A program made the translations under genes and the position numbers. A model generated the notes under the pieces. It saw only the letters and a list, made by a program, of their open reading frames with translations, did no database searches and was not told the DNA's origin. This document shows positions 12,306 to 24,884 of a stretch of DNA of 64,000 nucleotides, in pieces. Location of the stretch: the NCBI RefSeq assembly GCF_006345805.1, contig NC_043006.1, positions 69,998,001 to 70,062,000 on the forward strand, given 5' to 3'. Within the stretch, counting starts at the first letter, position 1. Every line of letters begins with the position of its first letter. This DNA comes from Octopus sinensis. Taxonomy: Eukaryota.

Positions 12306-13740
12306 GTGTGGAATAAACATTCTCGAAAGTAGCCTTCCATATTGTTTGACGTTTAAATGGTGATTTGATTGTGATTTCTTGCAGGTGGAGCGACCATATA
12401 GGTGTTTCCGAAGGGGTGTTGGCGATGGTAAGAGTGGTGGTTGCGGTGATAGTACATGTGGTGCTGTCATTTGAGTGTTTGTTGTGTTGGTAATTAGTGG
12501 TAGCGGTTGTAGTGGTGATAGTGTTGTTGTTGGTGGTGGTGGTGGTAGTAAACGAGGTAGTTGTTATAGTGTTTACATTGCTGTTATTGTTGCTTGTGGT
12601 GGTGGTGGTGGTGGTGGTGGTGTGATGTTGGTTGTGGTGGTAGCGGTTGTTACTGTGATAGTGCTGGTGAAGGTGATGGTAGATGAGGTAGTACTTGTAG
12701 TGGTGTTGTTGTTGTTGTTGTTGTTGTGGTGGTGGTGGTGGTGGTGGTAGTGGCGGTGGTGAAGATGGTGATGGTGGCCGACATGATGGTAGAGGTAGTG
12801 ACGATGGTATTGAATGTGGCCGGTGCTGATGGTGGTGGTGGTAGGTGCTAGTGGAGGGGCGGCGAGGTGGTGGTACTTTTGGTCGTGGTGAAAGAAGCTT
12901 TAGACGATAATGATGATGATGATGATGTCAAAGATGGCGATGGTGACAGTGGAGGCTGAGTTCATGTTCGTGGTTGTCATTGGTGGCGATGTAATTGTAT
13001 CGCTGTTGCTATTGTTATTGTGGTTGTATGCGATGGAGGCGGCGGAGGCAGCAGTGGTGGTGGTGGTGGTGGTGGTGGTGGTGGTCTAACATTCGTTGGT
13101 ATGTAAACCTATTACTTCACCTCCAACCCCCACCTCTCTTTTTTTACTCACCTCCTCCTCTTCCTCACTTCCAATCACACCCCCGTTACCTCTCCTCCTC
13201 CCCCAATAATGACCAACGCCTTGTTTAATAAGACATAGGCTGTGGTCAATTAAGACACACCTAAATGATTATCCCACGCCACTTAGTGGATAAGTGGAAT
13301 TATTGCGATGTTGTTGTGGTTGTTGTTGTTGGTCATGATAGTGGTGGTGGTAGTAGTTATGGTGGTGAGCTGGTACTCCTGGCAGTGGTGATGACGTTTG
13401 TTACGGCAGTGGTATGGATGGTAGTGATGATAGTGGTCTAGGTGGTAGTGGTGGCTTGGTTATGGTTGTGGTAGTGGTGGTGGTGCTGGTGAGTGTGGTA
13501 ATGGTAGAAGTGTAGCTGATAGTGATAGTAGCGGTGGTGATCGTGGTGGTGGTGGTGATGGTGGCGGCGGCTTGGTTATGGTTGTGGTAGTGGTGGTGCT
13601 GGTGAGTGTGGTAATGGTAGAGGCGTAGTTGATAGTGATAGTAGCAGTAGTGGCGGTGGTGATGGCGGCGGCGTTGGTGGTGGTATGGTGATGGTGATGG
13701 TCATGGTGGTGGCGGGCGGCGATGGTGTTTTCGACTAACA
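12020..13740. repeat. (GGT)n/(AGT)n/(GTT)n low-complexity mosaic with short unique islands
   Basis: Direct reading. Includes a ~116-bp imperfect duplication (13453 and 13569). Confidence 0.9.
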
Positions 13741-14045
13741 CCACTAAACTGCTCTGTTTACGCTATTTAACCCTATGTCAGTACTGATCGAGCAAGCATA
13801 TACGATCAAAGGCGTTCCAGCCGTGACTTTCCTTCAAGGATGGTTTAGCATTGCTTCGTCGTAATATCTCGTTTCTATATCTAACAACGTATTTTGTCAG
13901 ATGCTCCAATGGGTTTGTCAATCCTTCTGCTAGAAATAGCAACCACACTTCTTTAAATTTCTATGCTGCAATCTTCAGGCTGGAGACGAGAGTATGGAAC
14001 GTTTTGGCGCCGCTGATTCAACGCTGTCTAATTTGACATTCTCTC

Positions 14046-14094
<49 letters not shown>

Positions 14095-14165
14095 GTTCAT
14101 ATGCATGAGTATCTAATTATGTTTGTACATATCTGCAATGTCTCTCCTCTATCACTCTATCTGTA

Positions 14166-14198
<33 letters not shown>

Positions 14199-14235
14199 CA
14201 TACATAATACATATATATATATATATATACACACA

Positions 14236-14266
<31 letters not shown>

Positions 14267-14329
14267 TACTATATTATATACATACATATATTCTAATATA
14301 TAAATATAATATACATACATACCATATAT

Positions 14330-14365
<36 letters not shown>

Positions 14366-14371
14366 ATATAA

Positions 14372-14404
<33 letters not shown>

Positions 14405-14408
<4 letters not shown>

Positions 14409-15357
14409 CGGGAAGCTTTATGAAAATAAACAAAAGACGAAGGCAGGTGGAAAACAACGAACAATTGTATTAGTATGGCGCTCAGGAAATATAAATAAAA
14501 CAAGTCTTTAACGTTTCGAGCCTACGCTCTTCAACAGAAAGATACACAGAGAGAGAAAAACACAGAAAGAAGGAGAGAAAAAAAATGCGTGCAGTAGCTA
14601 ACGAATCAACATGGCGATCTGATTTCGGCCAGAGGTCCAAAGATCAAACATGAGACGCGAGAGCGAAATAAGGGAGATAATAGGGTTGATAAAAGGGTTG
14701 AGGGACCAGCTAAAAGTGCATGGGAGGGGGTCTGGATGTGTGTATGTATAGGGTTGGTGTATGTATTAGTATGTATAAGGGTGTGGTGTGTGTGTGTGTG
14801 TGTGGGTGTGTGTGTGTGTATGAGAGAGTATTAGTGCGTAAGATTGGTCTGGACATGTGTATGTATGGGGTTGGTGTATGTATTAGTATGTATTAGTATG
14901 TATTAGTACGTATTGGTATGTATAGGTATGTGTGTGTGGTGTGTGAGAGAGTATAAGTGCTATGCGGGGTCTGGACGTGTGTATGTATAGGGTTGGTGTA
15001 AGTGTTAGTATGTACTAGTGTGTATTAGTACGTATTAGTATGTATTAGTTGGTGTGTGTATTAGTATGGCACTCATATGTGATGTGATGTGTAAAGTCAT
15101 GTGTGTAGTGAGGAGAAGAGGGGGAGAAGAGGGGAGAGAAGAGGGGGAAGAGGGGGAAGAAGATGGGTAGGAGAATGGGGAAGAGGAGAGGATGGGGGAG
15201 AAGGAAGGGGAGGAGGGGATGAAGGGGAAGAGGGAGAGGGGAAAGAGGGAGTGAGGGAGCAGAGGGAAGGGGAAGAGGGAGGGAGAAAGAGGGAAGAAGG
15301 GAAGGTGGAGTAGGGGTGAAAGGAATGAAGGACTGAAGAATTAGGGGTCGGGGGGGG
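14405..15357 (-). mobile_element. PLE 3'-terminal fragment, same family as 1450-3735 and 50180-50425
   Basis: 15240-15350 matches 2470-2600. The reverse complement of 14405-14620 matches 50180-50425. Contains ~120-bp internal tandem units and a hammerhead-like motif. Confidence 0.7.
14506..14541 (-). ncRNA. Minimal hammerhead-like motif (variant core CTGTTGA)
   Basis: Minus strand reads cttt-CTGTTGA-a-GAGC-gtag-GCTC-GAA-ACGT-T-aaag. Stems I and II are perfect and stem III is the palindrome ACGT. Confidence 0.5.
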
Positions 15358-15387
15358 ATATATATAATATCTATATATATATATATA

Positions 15388-15423
<36 letters not shown>

Positions 15424-15424
<1 letters not shown>

Positions 15425-15455
15425 TAGCTTAAGGTAACCCGCTCTACGCGCGGGT
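15424..15455 (-). mobile_element. Helitron 3' terminus of a second family
   Basis: ACCCGC/GCGGGT hairpin about 10 nt from CTAG|T, inserted in (TA)n. The 5' end was not located. Confidence 0.45.
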
Positions 15456-15484
15456 AAGAGTGTGGTTGTTATTTTCTGTTGCAG

Positions 15485-15793
15485 CCTTTCGGCACGTAAA
15501 AAGCACCATCCGAACGTGGCCGATGGCAGCGCCGCCTTGACTGGCTTCTGTGCCGGTGGCACGTAAAAAGCACCAACCGATCGTGGCCGCTGCCAATGCG
15601 CCTCCCCCCGTGGCACCTGTGCCGGTGGCACGAAAAAAGGCACCCACTACAATCACGGAGTGGCTGGCGTTAGGAAGGGCATCCAGCTGTAGAAACACTG
15701 CCAGATTAGACTGGAGCCTGGTGCAGCCTCCTGGCTTCCCAGACCCCGGTCAAACTGTCCAACCCGTGCTAGCACGGAAAACGGACATTAAAC

Positions 15794-15830
<37 letters not shown>
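15485..15830 (+). mobile_element. Non-autonomous retroelement with (GAT)n tail
   Basis: Three GGCACG(T/A)AAAA motifs, then GTTAGGAAGGGCATCCAGCTGTAGAAAC (recalled as RTE-UTR-like), ending in a (GAT)n tail. Confidence 0.55.
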
Positions 15831-16647
15831 CTGATTCTCCCTCTTTGTTTCTCTCTCCTTTCTCTCTCCCTTTCCCACTTTCTTACTCTTCCTTTCTCTC
15901 GGACTCTCCCTCGCTTTCTCTTACTCTCTATCTTTCTCTATCTATCTCTCTCCCATTTATAAACAACAAAAGATCTTGAGTAAGTTGAGAAAGAAAGTAG
16001 TTTGAAAGATCAATCATAAATATCAGGCAGTGACAACGGAAAGGTCTGCTTCAAGGCAGAAAGCAAAACACTAACATTTAAAAGGGACAGATGAACTTGC
16101 GAGTTGAATAAAAATATTAAAAAAATATTGGAAACCAAAGTTTGAAAGGATAGAATCTGAGGATAGTAGAGTTACCATTGCTGGCATTTCTTAACGACGG
16201 ATAGTAACATAGTGGCAGTTTAACGGCTGGCGTAAAATTTTGAACTTGATGTAAAAGAAAATTCCTAAACACCAAGCTTTGAAGTTATTCTTTCTCACGA
16301 CAGTAGACTCACCATGGCAAGCATTCAAAACTTCTTCATCATGGACGGCAAAACATTGACGATTTAAAGGCTGGCGCAAATTTTTTAGCTTGATGTAACA
16401 GAGAATTCCTAAACACCCGTTCCTGTAAATTTTAATCCCCTTCAAGCCCCATTTAGACCTCTTTTCACATTTTGGTTAAATAAACCCGATTTCATTCGGG
16501 TCTACTCGGGTCACATTTTATAAGATGAGGAATTTTGTCCTAGAGGTCACGCGTTCATTTGAGAAAAAAAATAGTTGCCATGCAAACTCGCCAGCACTTT
16601 TAACATAGGTGTGCATTTTCAGCACAACCGACCACATAATGCACACA

Positions 16648-16702
<55 letters not shown>

Positions 16703-17546
16703 GTGTGTGTTGTGTGTTGTGTGTGTGTGTGACGCATTATATATACAAATGTATACAAAATATATATATATATATATATAAATTCAATTAGAGATAAAAC
16801 CACTATTAGGTAAATCAAACAGTGAAAAACATAAACGAAAACATAAAAATAAAATATAATATACAAAATATATAAAATATAAAATTTAAAAATTTAAATT
16901 ATTTAAATTTAAAATAAAATTATTATTTATATTTATAATTTTTTTTTTAAATATATATAACTATCAAAAAGTATTAAAAAGTTTAATATACATATTTATA
17001 TATATAACACACCACCACACACAACACAATATAAATTAACCCCATAAATATCTGATTCATAATATTTGTTCTCATGATTGTGTGGTGGTGGTGGTGGTGA
17101 TGATAATTCTATCTATGAATGCAGACAGACGTAGAGAGAGAGTGTGTGTGAAAGCGCTGTCGAAGGCGGTGAGGGGGAGATATAGAACGCTGTTTGACGA
17201 CGTTATAAAGAGTGAAGGGGAGTTAGACGCTGTTAAACGGCGTTATATATATATAGAAAGTGATGGGAAGGGAGGAAAGAGAGTGAGTTACGGAGGAAGA
17301 CAGATACATAAAAGAATGAGAGTAGACTTGTCAAAGTGCATTTTTGACCCTAGCAACGACACCTTTTAAGATGGGGATTTCTAACCTAGCCCGCTGGCAT
17401 TCTCACCTCATTTTACATGCCCCTGTAAATTTTGGAGTCAATCCGACGGGATCTAGTGGCCTTTAACCCGTTCTCAATGCCAAAACCAGACAAACAAACA
17501 AACAAACTTTTCGCATTTCAGATTTATAATATAGATATATATATAC

Positions 17547-17582
<36 letters not shown>

Positions 17583-18348
17583 TACGCATGTATGCGCGTG
17601 CGGTGGCCTGCGCGTGTATCCGCACATATGTGCGTCTCTGTATGTGAGTGCGGCTGCGGGTGTGTGTGTGTAGATAGATAAACAGACAGACAGACAGACA
17701 GAATGAATGAATGAATGAATGAATGAATACAAGGAACTTCATTGAACATACGGGACATATTTTACTAGCGCTTGAGATCATTGCGCTTCCACGTTCCTGA
17801 GCTTGTGACCCATATCGGCATTGAACATCGTGACCTGGCTTATTTCTAGATCATATTGGCAGGCTGGAGAGTGCCTGTGAGGTGCCGTGCAAGCTTTATC
17901 AAACCCAAAATTTTAGATTGTGCAATCGCCAGCGGGGCGACTTTCCGGTGCCCGGCGGAATACGAAGGCGTCGCAGCAAGCATGGAGGCCGCGAGCGCGA
18001 ACCCAGGTGAAACCGACCGCAGGTGCAATGACTTCATGCACGATCATTACTGGCATTTGTCATAGGCAATGGTCAGTGATGGTCTTTCTTGGTTGCGAGT
18101 TGACAGCTATTATCATCATGTGTGTATGAACGATGGAATCCTGAAAAGTTCCTGCCTTTAAGGGTATTGCGAGACGCCTGGCTAGAGGCCCAACCTTTCG
18201 AGTTCTTTTACAAGGCTTAGAAAACCTGAAGGACCGCTGCTATAAGTGTATGAATCTGAGAGAAATATGTTGAATAAGACCACAATTAACTGATCTTTCT
18301 GCGTATTTTTTACCCAAAGCCAGGAACTTTGCAGCATCCACTCGTATG

Positions 18349-18382
<34 letters not shown>

Positions 18383-18457
18383 CATGTATGTATGTATGTA
18401 TGTATGTATGTAGTATTTATGTATGTATGTATGTATGTACGTATGTATGTATATATA

Positions 18458-18493
<36 letters not shown>

Positions 18494-18508
18494 TATATAT
18501 ATATATAT

Positions 18509-18551
<43 letters not shown>

Positions 18552-19235
18552 CTATGTATGTATATGTATGTAGGTATGTATGTATGTATGTATGTATGTA
18601 TGTATGTATGTATATACAGATAGAGTGATAGAGGAGAGACATTGCAAATATATACAAACATAATTATGTATGTATGTACGGATGGATGGATGGATGGATA
18701 GATGGATGGATGGATGGATGGATGGATTTCAGTTAATCTGTTATACCAACAGATTATCGGAATGGCTAGAGAGTTGGATAGAAATGTCACGTGCTATTTA
18801 TTCCGACTTTCTACATTCTGAGTTCAAATCCTGTCGAGGGGAAATTTGCTTTTCACACTTGCGGGGTCGACAAAAATATGGCACCAATCCTTGGCGATAG
18901 ATTAGTGAAGTTATTTTGAGTGTCGGAGATGGTTACTTATAATACCTGTTCTGAGTTTCTGAATTTTGTGTTCAAATTCCACCCGTCATTGAAAAAACCA
19001 ACGGGTAAATGCACAAATCGAAAGAATAATGGAAACGATTCCTTGTTCGATCGGAAGGTTGACTATCACCCAAAAGACCATACATAAATACATAAATAAA
19101 TAAATAAATAAATGAAAAAAGAAACTGTGTGTATCTTATATGTATGTATGTATAACTGTATGTGCGCGCGCGTGTGTATTGTGTGTTATATATATATACA
19201 TATAAAATAAATAAATATATATATATATCTGTGTG

Positions 19236-19295
<60 letters not shown>

Positions 19296-19299
<4 letters not shown>

Positions 19300-19500
19300 C
19301 GCAGGAGTGGTGGTGTGGTAAGTAGCTTGCTTACCAATCACATGGTTCCGGGTTCAGTCCCACTGCGTGGCACCTTGGGCAAGTGTCTTCTACTATAGCC
19401 TCGGACCGACCAAAGCCTTTGAGAGTGGATTTGGCAGGCGGAAACTAAAAGAAGCCCGTCGTATATGTGTGTGTATGTGTGTGCTTGTGTGTGTGCGCTC
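19296..19500 (+). mobile_element. SINE family A, 5' half
   Basis: TAGGCGCAGGAGTGG...GGTTCCGGGTTCAGTCCCACTGCGTGGCACCTTGGGCAAGTGTCTT. Confidence 0.85.
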
Positions 19501-19744
19501 GCGAAGATACTTTACTCATTTATGTATTTACTTATTGAACGACATAACGAACATATTTGAAAAAATATGAATTATCCACGTGACATTGTTATGATTTTAA
19601 AACTTGATCAAGAGCAATCCAGAGGAATATGTACTTCTCACCATCTTTATAAACCCACACCTATTTGACCTGTAACAGGTTCGATAAGTGGCAACGTGGA
19701 TCATGAGTCTCCGTGTTGCTTCCACTATAATATATATGTTTATA

Positions 19745-19950
19745 CACTCTTTTTACTCTTTTACTTGTTTCAGTCATTTGACTGCAGCCAGGCTGGAGCA
19801 CCACCTTTAGTCGAGCAAATCGACCCCAGGACTTATTCTTTGTAAGCCTAGTACTTATTCTATCGGTCTCTTTTGCCGAACTGCTAAGTTACGGGGACGT
19901 AAACACACCAGCATCGGTTGTCAATCGATGTTGAGGGGACAAACACACAC
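19745..19950 (-). mobile_element. SINE family A, 3' half
   Basis: Reverse complement of the family tail ...CAGTCAAATGACTGAAACAAGTAAAAGAG. Confidence 0.85.
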
Positions 19951-19959
19951 ACACATATA

Positions 19960-20364
19960 CAGGGTGTTCCAGAAATCTTGGGCACATTTAAAAGTCCTCA
20001 TATCTGCTGGACTATGATTGGTAATTAAGTTTCTTTGTAATGCTAATGATTTTTCATATTTTTTCAGATCCAGAAATAGCGTTCACTCAACCAGAAAAGG
20101 TGTTTTGCGTCCTTGAATTTGCAAAAACTGAATCATGGATACATGTTCAACTTGCATTTTGCACAAAATTCCGAAAAGAGGCACCAGAAAGGAAGTCCAT
20201 ATTGAGATGGCATGGTAAAATCATGAAGGATGGGTGTTTGTGCCCAGATAATAGAATGGGACGCCCCTCAACTTCAGATGATACTGTTGAGCGAGTTCGA
20301 ACTGCCCGTAAATCGATTAGAAGAGCCAGTAGGGACTTCATTTTCCAACAGGATGGGGCGCCAC
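19960..20364 (+). mobile_element. Internally deleted Tc1/mariner transposon (left end, HTH region, QQDGAP remnant)
   Basis: TA|CAGGGTGTTCCAGAAA left end. Translation EKVFCVLEFAKTESW...RKSILRWH...GRPSTSDDTVERVR...RKSIRRASR is fused directly to FIFQQDGAP. The likely start codon reads ATA. Confidence 0.8.
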
Positions 20365-20930
20365 AAAAAAAAAGCTATCCTGAAATAAACTTAGAAAATC
20401 CCTCTGTTATGGAGTACATTCATAAACACCAACTCAAAGAATACTGGTGGAATATTTCCATCAAAACTACCGTCAAATGTAAACATAACAGGCCGGATAT
20501 TGTTGTTTGGGACAGAGGAGCAAAAGTATATACCATCACGGAGGCCAGCTGCCCTGCAGATATATAAATATCGCTTTGAAAATTAAAGAAAAAGAAGATG
20601 TCTATCGACAACTGCTTCGAAATCTCCAACTTCTATATCCGGGCTATGAATTCATATTCATACCAATAATAACTGGAACACTAGGTTTTGTTAGTAAATG
20701 CTTGAAGGAGAATCTAGATAAACTGGGATTTTCAGAAAGAGAAATTGGCCGGCTGATTCATACTTTACAAGTGCAATCTGTGAGTGGAACAGTGAAAATA
20801 TGCATAACTTTTCTCAAGTTCCAATTGTGAATTTGTCTGTGTTGACTACATCCCAAAGATGGAGCCTTGCATTTTTATTGGAAGCCGGCTCCTCCCTCAA
20901 TGGAAGATTTATAATAACTAAAAAAATGGA
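20365..20930 (+). pseudogene. 3' fragment of an RLE-type non-LTR retrotransposon (PD-(D/E)XK endonuclease)
   Basis: YWWNISIKT...KHNRPDIVVWD...EASCPAD / NIALKIKEKEDVY..L...IPIITGTLG, with one frameshift and a stop at 20828-20830. Confidence 0.85.
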
Positions 20931-22477
20931 AGAGACACATACATACATACATACATACATACATGCATACATACATACATACATGCATACATACATACGT
21001 GCATACATACATGCATACATACATGCATACATACATGCATACATACATACATACATACATACATACATACATACATAAATACATACATACATACATACAT
21101 ACATACATACATACATAACTAATCATACATACATACATGCATACATACATACATACATGCATACTACATACATGCATACATATCATGCATACATACATAC
21201 ATACATACATACATACATACATACATACATACATACATACATACATACATACATACATACATACATACATACCGGTGGATTGACGGAATCGGTAAAGCGT
21301 CGGACAGAATTCCATGGGTTATTTGTTCCGGCTTTTTACATTCTGAGGTCAAATCCCGCATAGGTCAACATTAATTTTCATTCTTCAAGGGGTGATAAAA
21401 TAAAGTCCCAGTGAAGTACTGGGGCTGATAGAGTCAATTTAGCCCAATCCTCAATATTGTTGAGCATGTGTTTAAATTTAAAGCAGTTGTTAAACTACAC
21501 GCTCACAATAATATATCCTCGTCAATGGTGCTGTTCTTGAGAATGTATCATCTTCAATGGCCCTTTTCTTGAGACCAAGGGATAATTTCTGTTAACGCTT
21601 GTGTAAAATTGGGCGGTAATATCGGAAAAAAGATAATCAGTTTCAGAATCGGCAGCAAATCTTTTCTAAGAAAAATCCATTTGTATCTCATACGAGAATA
21701 AAGTGTTTCATTTTGTTGACCTGTGTAGCGTCTTTGGTGATTTAAATTGGGAATTCTTCAGGAGTAGATAGGGAGTCGTTGGAAATTTTTTCTTCGAGAT
21801 GTGAAAGAGGAGAGATATAAAAGACAAGAGACGTACGATAAAAGGGGTGAGGCAGAGAGTTTTCCTTTCCTCTGATCAAAGATTGTGTCTGTGGGTTTTG
21901 AATGAATAAACTTGACAGGCTCCTATGGAATATTTTGAGATTTCTGTTCATGACGGTAGTTGCTGTCGTTTATCCCAAGTCGTCTATGAGTGAGCATACT
22001 TGCGATCAAAGTCAGTCCGGCTTTGACCTTGATCTTCCTCTTTTGAGGAGTGAGGTGACGAAAGCAATGGGAGTGTGGGTCGGTTTGAGGGTTGTAGGAG
22101 TATCAAGACCTGCATTATTCAATGCATCCTTTTTTTTTCAAGGCGATCGGGTATGATTTGAAGGCGATTTGGCTGCTATTTCTTGCAGGTCAAATAATCA
22201 AATAGTCATTCCTCCATTATTACTCTATAAGTTTAAAGCGGAGAGCTGGCAGAATTGTTAGTACGCTGGACGAAATGCTTAGCGGTATTTCACCCGTCGC
22301 TACGTTCTCAATTCAAATCCCGCCGAGGTCAACTTTGCTTTCATCCTCGATAAAATAAATACCAGAAGAACACTGGAGTCGATGTAATCGATTCATCCTC
22401 ACCTCCCTCAAGCTGCCCTTTTGGCAAAAATATGAAATAATTATTACTCTGTGAGTTTGACATATTTATTTCAAGCA

Positions 22478-22915
22478 TAAAATCTGTGCTTTTGTATGGC
22501 TCTGAAACATGGAGAGCCACCTGCAGCAACTACAAGAAGATCCAGACCTTCATCAACAAATGTCTCCGGCAGATCCTCCATCTGAAGTGGTTCGACAGAG
22601 TGCAAAACACCGACCGGTGGGAAAGGGCCAACCAGGAGGCCCATACATGTTCAGATTAGACGAAGGAAATGGAGATGGATCGGACACACACTGCGGAAAG
22701 AACCCTCAAATGTAACACGACAAGCACTTGACTGGAACCCACAGAGGAAAAGGAAGCGAGGACGCCCGAAGCAGACATGGAAGCGGAGCATTTTGGACGA
22801 ACTCAGGACCACCGGCCTGACATGGGAAGCAGCCAAGAAACACGCCAATGACCACAAAAAGTGGAAAACAACTGTTGAGGCTCTATGCTCCACAAGGGAC
22901 AAAAAAGGATTAAGA
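22478..22915 (+). pseudogene. RTE-clade LINE 3' end (RT C-terminus)
   Basis: KSVLLYGSETWR...IQTFINKCLRQIL...IRRRKWRWIGHTLRK...ALDWNPQRKRKRGRPKQTWKR. Confidence 0.9.
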
Positions 22916-23374
22916 AGTTTGACATAAAAGGACCAGCTTAGCGATGTGGGCTGTCTTGGGATTGGTTGTTAAGCCAGAATAGGGAATGGTATGGTACTGT
23001 GTCGTAGTTGTAATTGACATGAAGCACGTCGCTAAAGTAGAACCACAGTGGTGAGAAAATATGTATCGAAGTTGATAGAGTCTGTTAGAATCACTGAGAG
23101 TCCCAACTGCCCCTTGTAGGAAGATTCCATCTCAAGAGATTAGAGTCTCTGGAGATACAGTTTAGCCAGAAAACATTTTCTTGGCAGACGCAGTCATTTT
23201 TTAAATGCAGCGTCATTGTTGTCGGTGAACTTCTCAAAGATGAGGAACCACAAACAAAGAACATAGAAATATAGGAATATGACTTACTGGTTCTCCACAG
23301 TCTAAACGTGCCCATGAAGACACAAGTATTTGAAGTATGTAATTATTTATCTCTCTATCTTGCATGTCTACGCC

Positions 23375-23575
<201 letters not shown>

Positions 23576-23655
23576 CATACATACATACACATACATATAA
23601 TATATATATATATGCCTATATACATGTATATATGTATATAAGAGGATAGATAGTC

Positions 23656-23696
23656 ACTACTGATGATGCCTACGAAAGAGGCGAAACTAGTCTGGT
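23656..23696 (+). ncRNA. Minimal type I hammerhead ribozyme, canonical core, GUC cleavage triplet
   Basis: acta-CTGATGA-t-GCCT-acgaaag-AGGC-GAA-ACTAGT-C-tggt. Stem I is 4 bp with one G.U, stem II is 4 bp, and stem III is the palindrome ACTAGT. Predicted cleavage is after C23692. Confidence 0.75.
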
Positions 23697-23911
23697 CTAA
23701 TGATTCTAGAGACGGTCATAACGCAATTACCTCCCCTGTCAGTGTATATATATATATTGCACTCTTCTTGCAGCATTAAGAGATTTTAACTCTTACTCCG
23801 TCACCTTCATTCACATTTAGTGACGGTTAAAATTTTCCTTTATGGTATTGTATCGCGCCTAGCAGTTTATATGAATTTGTAGTATAAAGATGTATACGTG
23901 TGTATATATAT

Positions 23912-23967
<56 letters not shown>

Positions 23968-24046
23968 GTACAAACATAAATACATACATACATACAAACA
24001 TATGTACATACATTCATACGCGTGTGCGTGTGTGTGTTGTATATAT

Positions 24047-24177
24047 ATATATATTGTTCATCGATGGCCAGCAATGTGTGTATATACATTCAAACATACA
24101 TGCATATGTTTTACGACAAATATACTAGATGTGTCTCTTTATATACATATACGTATGTATCTATGCCCCCATATGTG

Positions 24178-24212
<35 letters not shown>

Positions 24213-24318
24213 GTTCCAGGCATGGCTATGAGGTAAAAAGTTCATATGTCGTAAAGCGTATGTATGTATATTTAAATGTATATACACACATTGCTGGCCA
24301 CCAATGAACAATATATAT
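24047..24318. repeat. Fold-back element with ~72-bp imperfect inverted arms around a (GT)n spacer
   Basis: 24047-24118 matches the reverse complement of 24247-24318. It also appears in the ORF track as near-identical peptides MYIHTLLA.. on opposite strands. Confidence 0.75.
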
Positions 24319-24850
24319 TTATATATATTTCCCCCCGGATACAACACAGACACCGTCCTAATCCAGTGGCCAGACAACAAAGTGATACCATTATCAAAAC
24401 CTTTCAGCTTCCTTTGGTCACCATTTTCTACAGAAATTCACTATCATCTTCTGCCTCTACTCTTCCTCTTCCTTCTGCTCCTGTTCTACACTATTCTCTC
24501 CCTCTCTCTCTCTCTCTCTCTTCTTTCTTTCTTCCTTTCTCTCTCTCTTCCCCCCTCTCTTTCTCTCATTCTTTCTTTCTCGTATTCTGTCTTTCCTTCC
24601 TTTTACGCTTTTCTCATATTATTCATCCCTATCATTGCCACAGCACAGTAGTAGTAGCAGTCGCGGTGGTCTTGGTAGTAGTAGTAGTAGTAGTAGTAGT
24701 TGAGTCGCTATTATTAATGTTACGTTAAAACGGAAACGGTTTAAAAATCCATCAGCTCTCATACATTACAAGTCTTCCTATCTCAAAATGCAATTTTTGT
24801 CAGTTAATAATCTTCGTTTGTTCTCTCCTCACCACCAGCGCTACTTTCTC

Positions 24851-24884
<34 letters not shown>

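Noticed and set aside
21520-22100. Possible decayed PLE RT N-terminal fragment on the minus strand (TVMNR, SDIT..FYTSV)
   Set aside because: Similarity is too fragmentary to support without TBLASTN.
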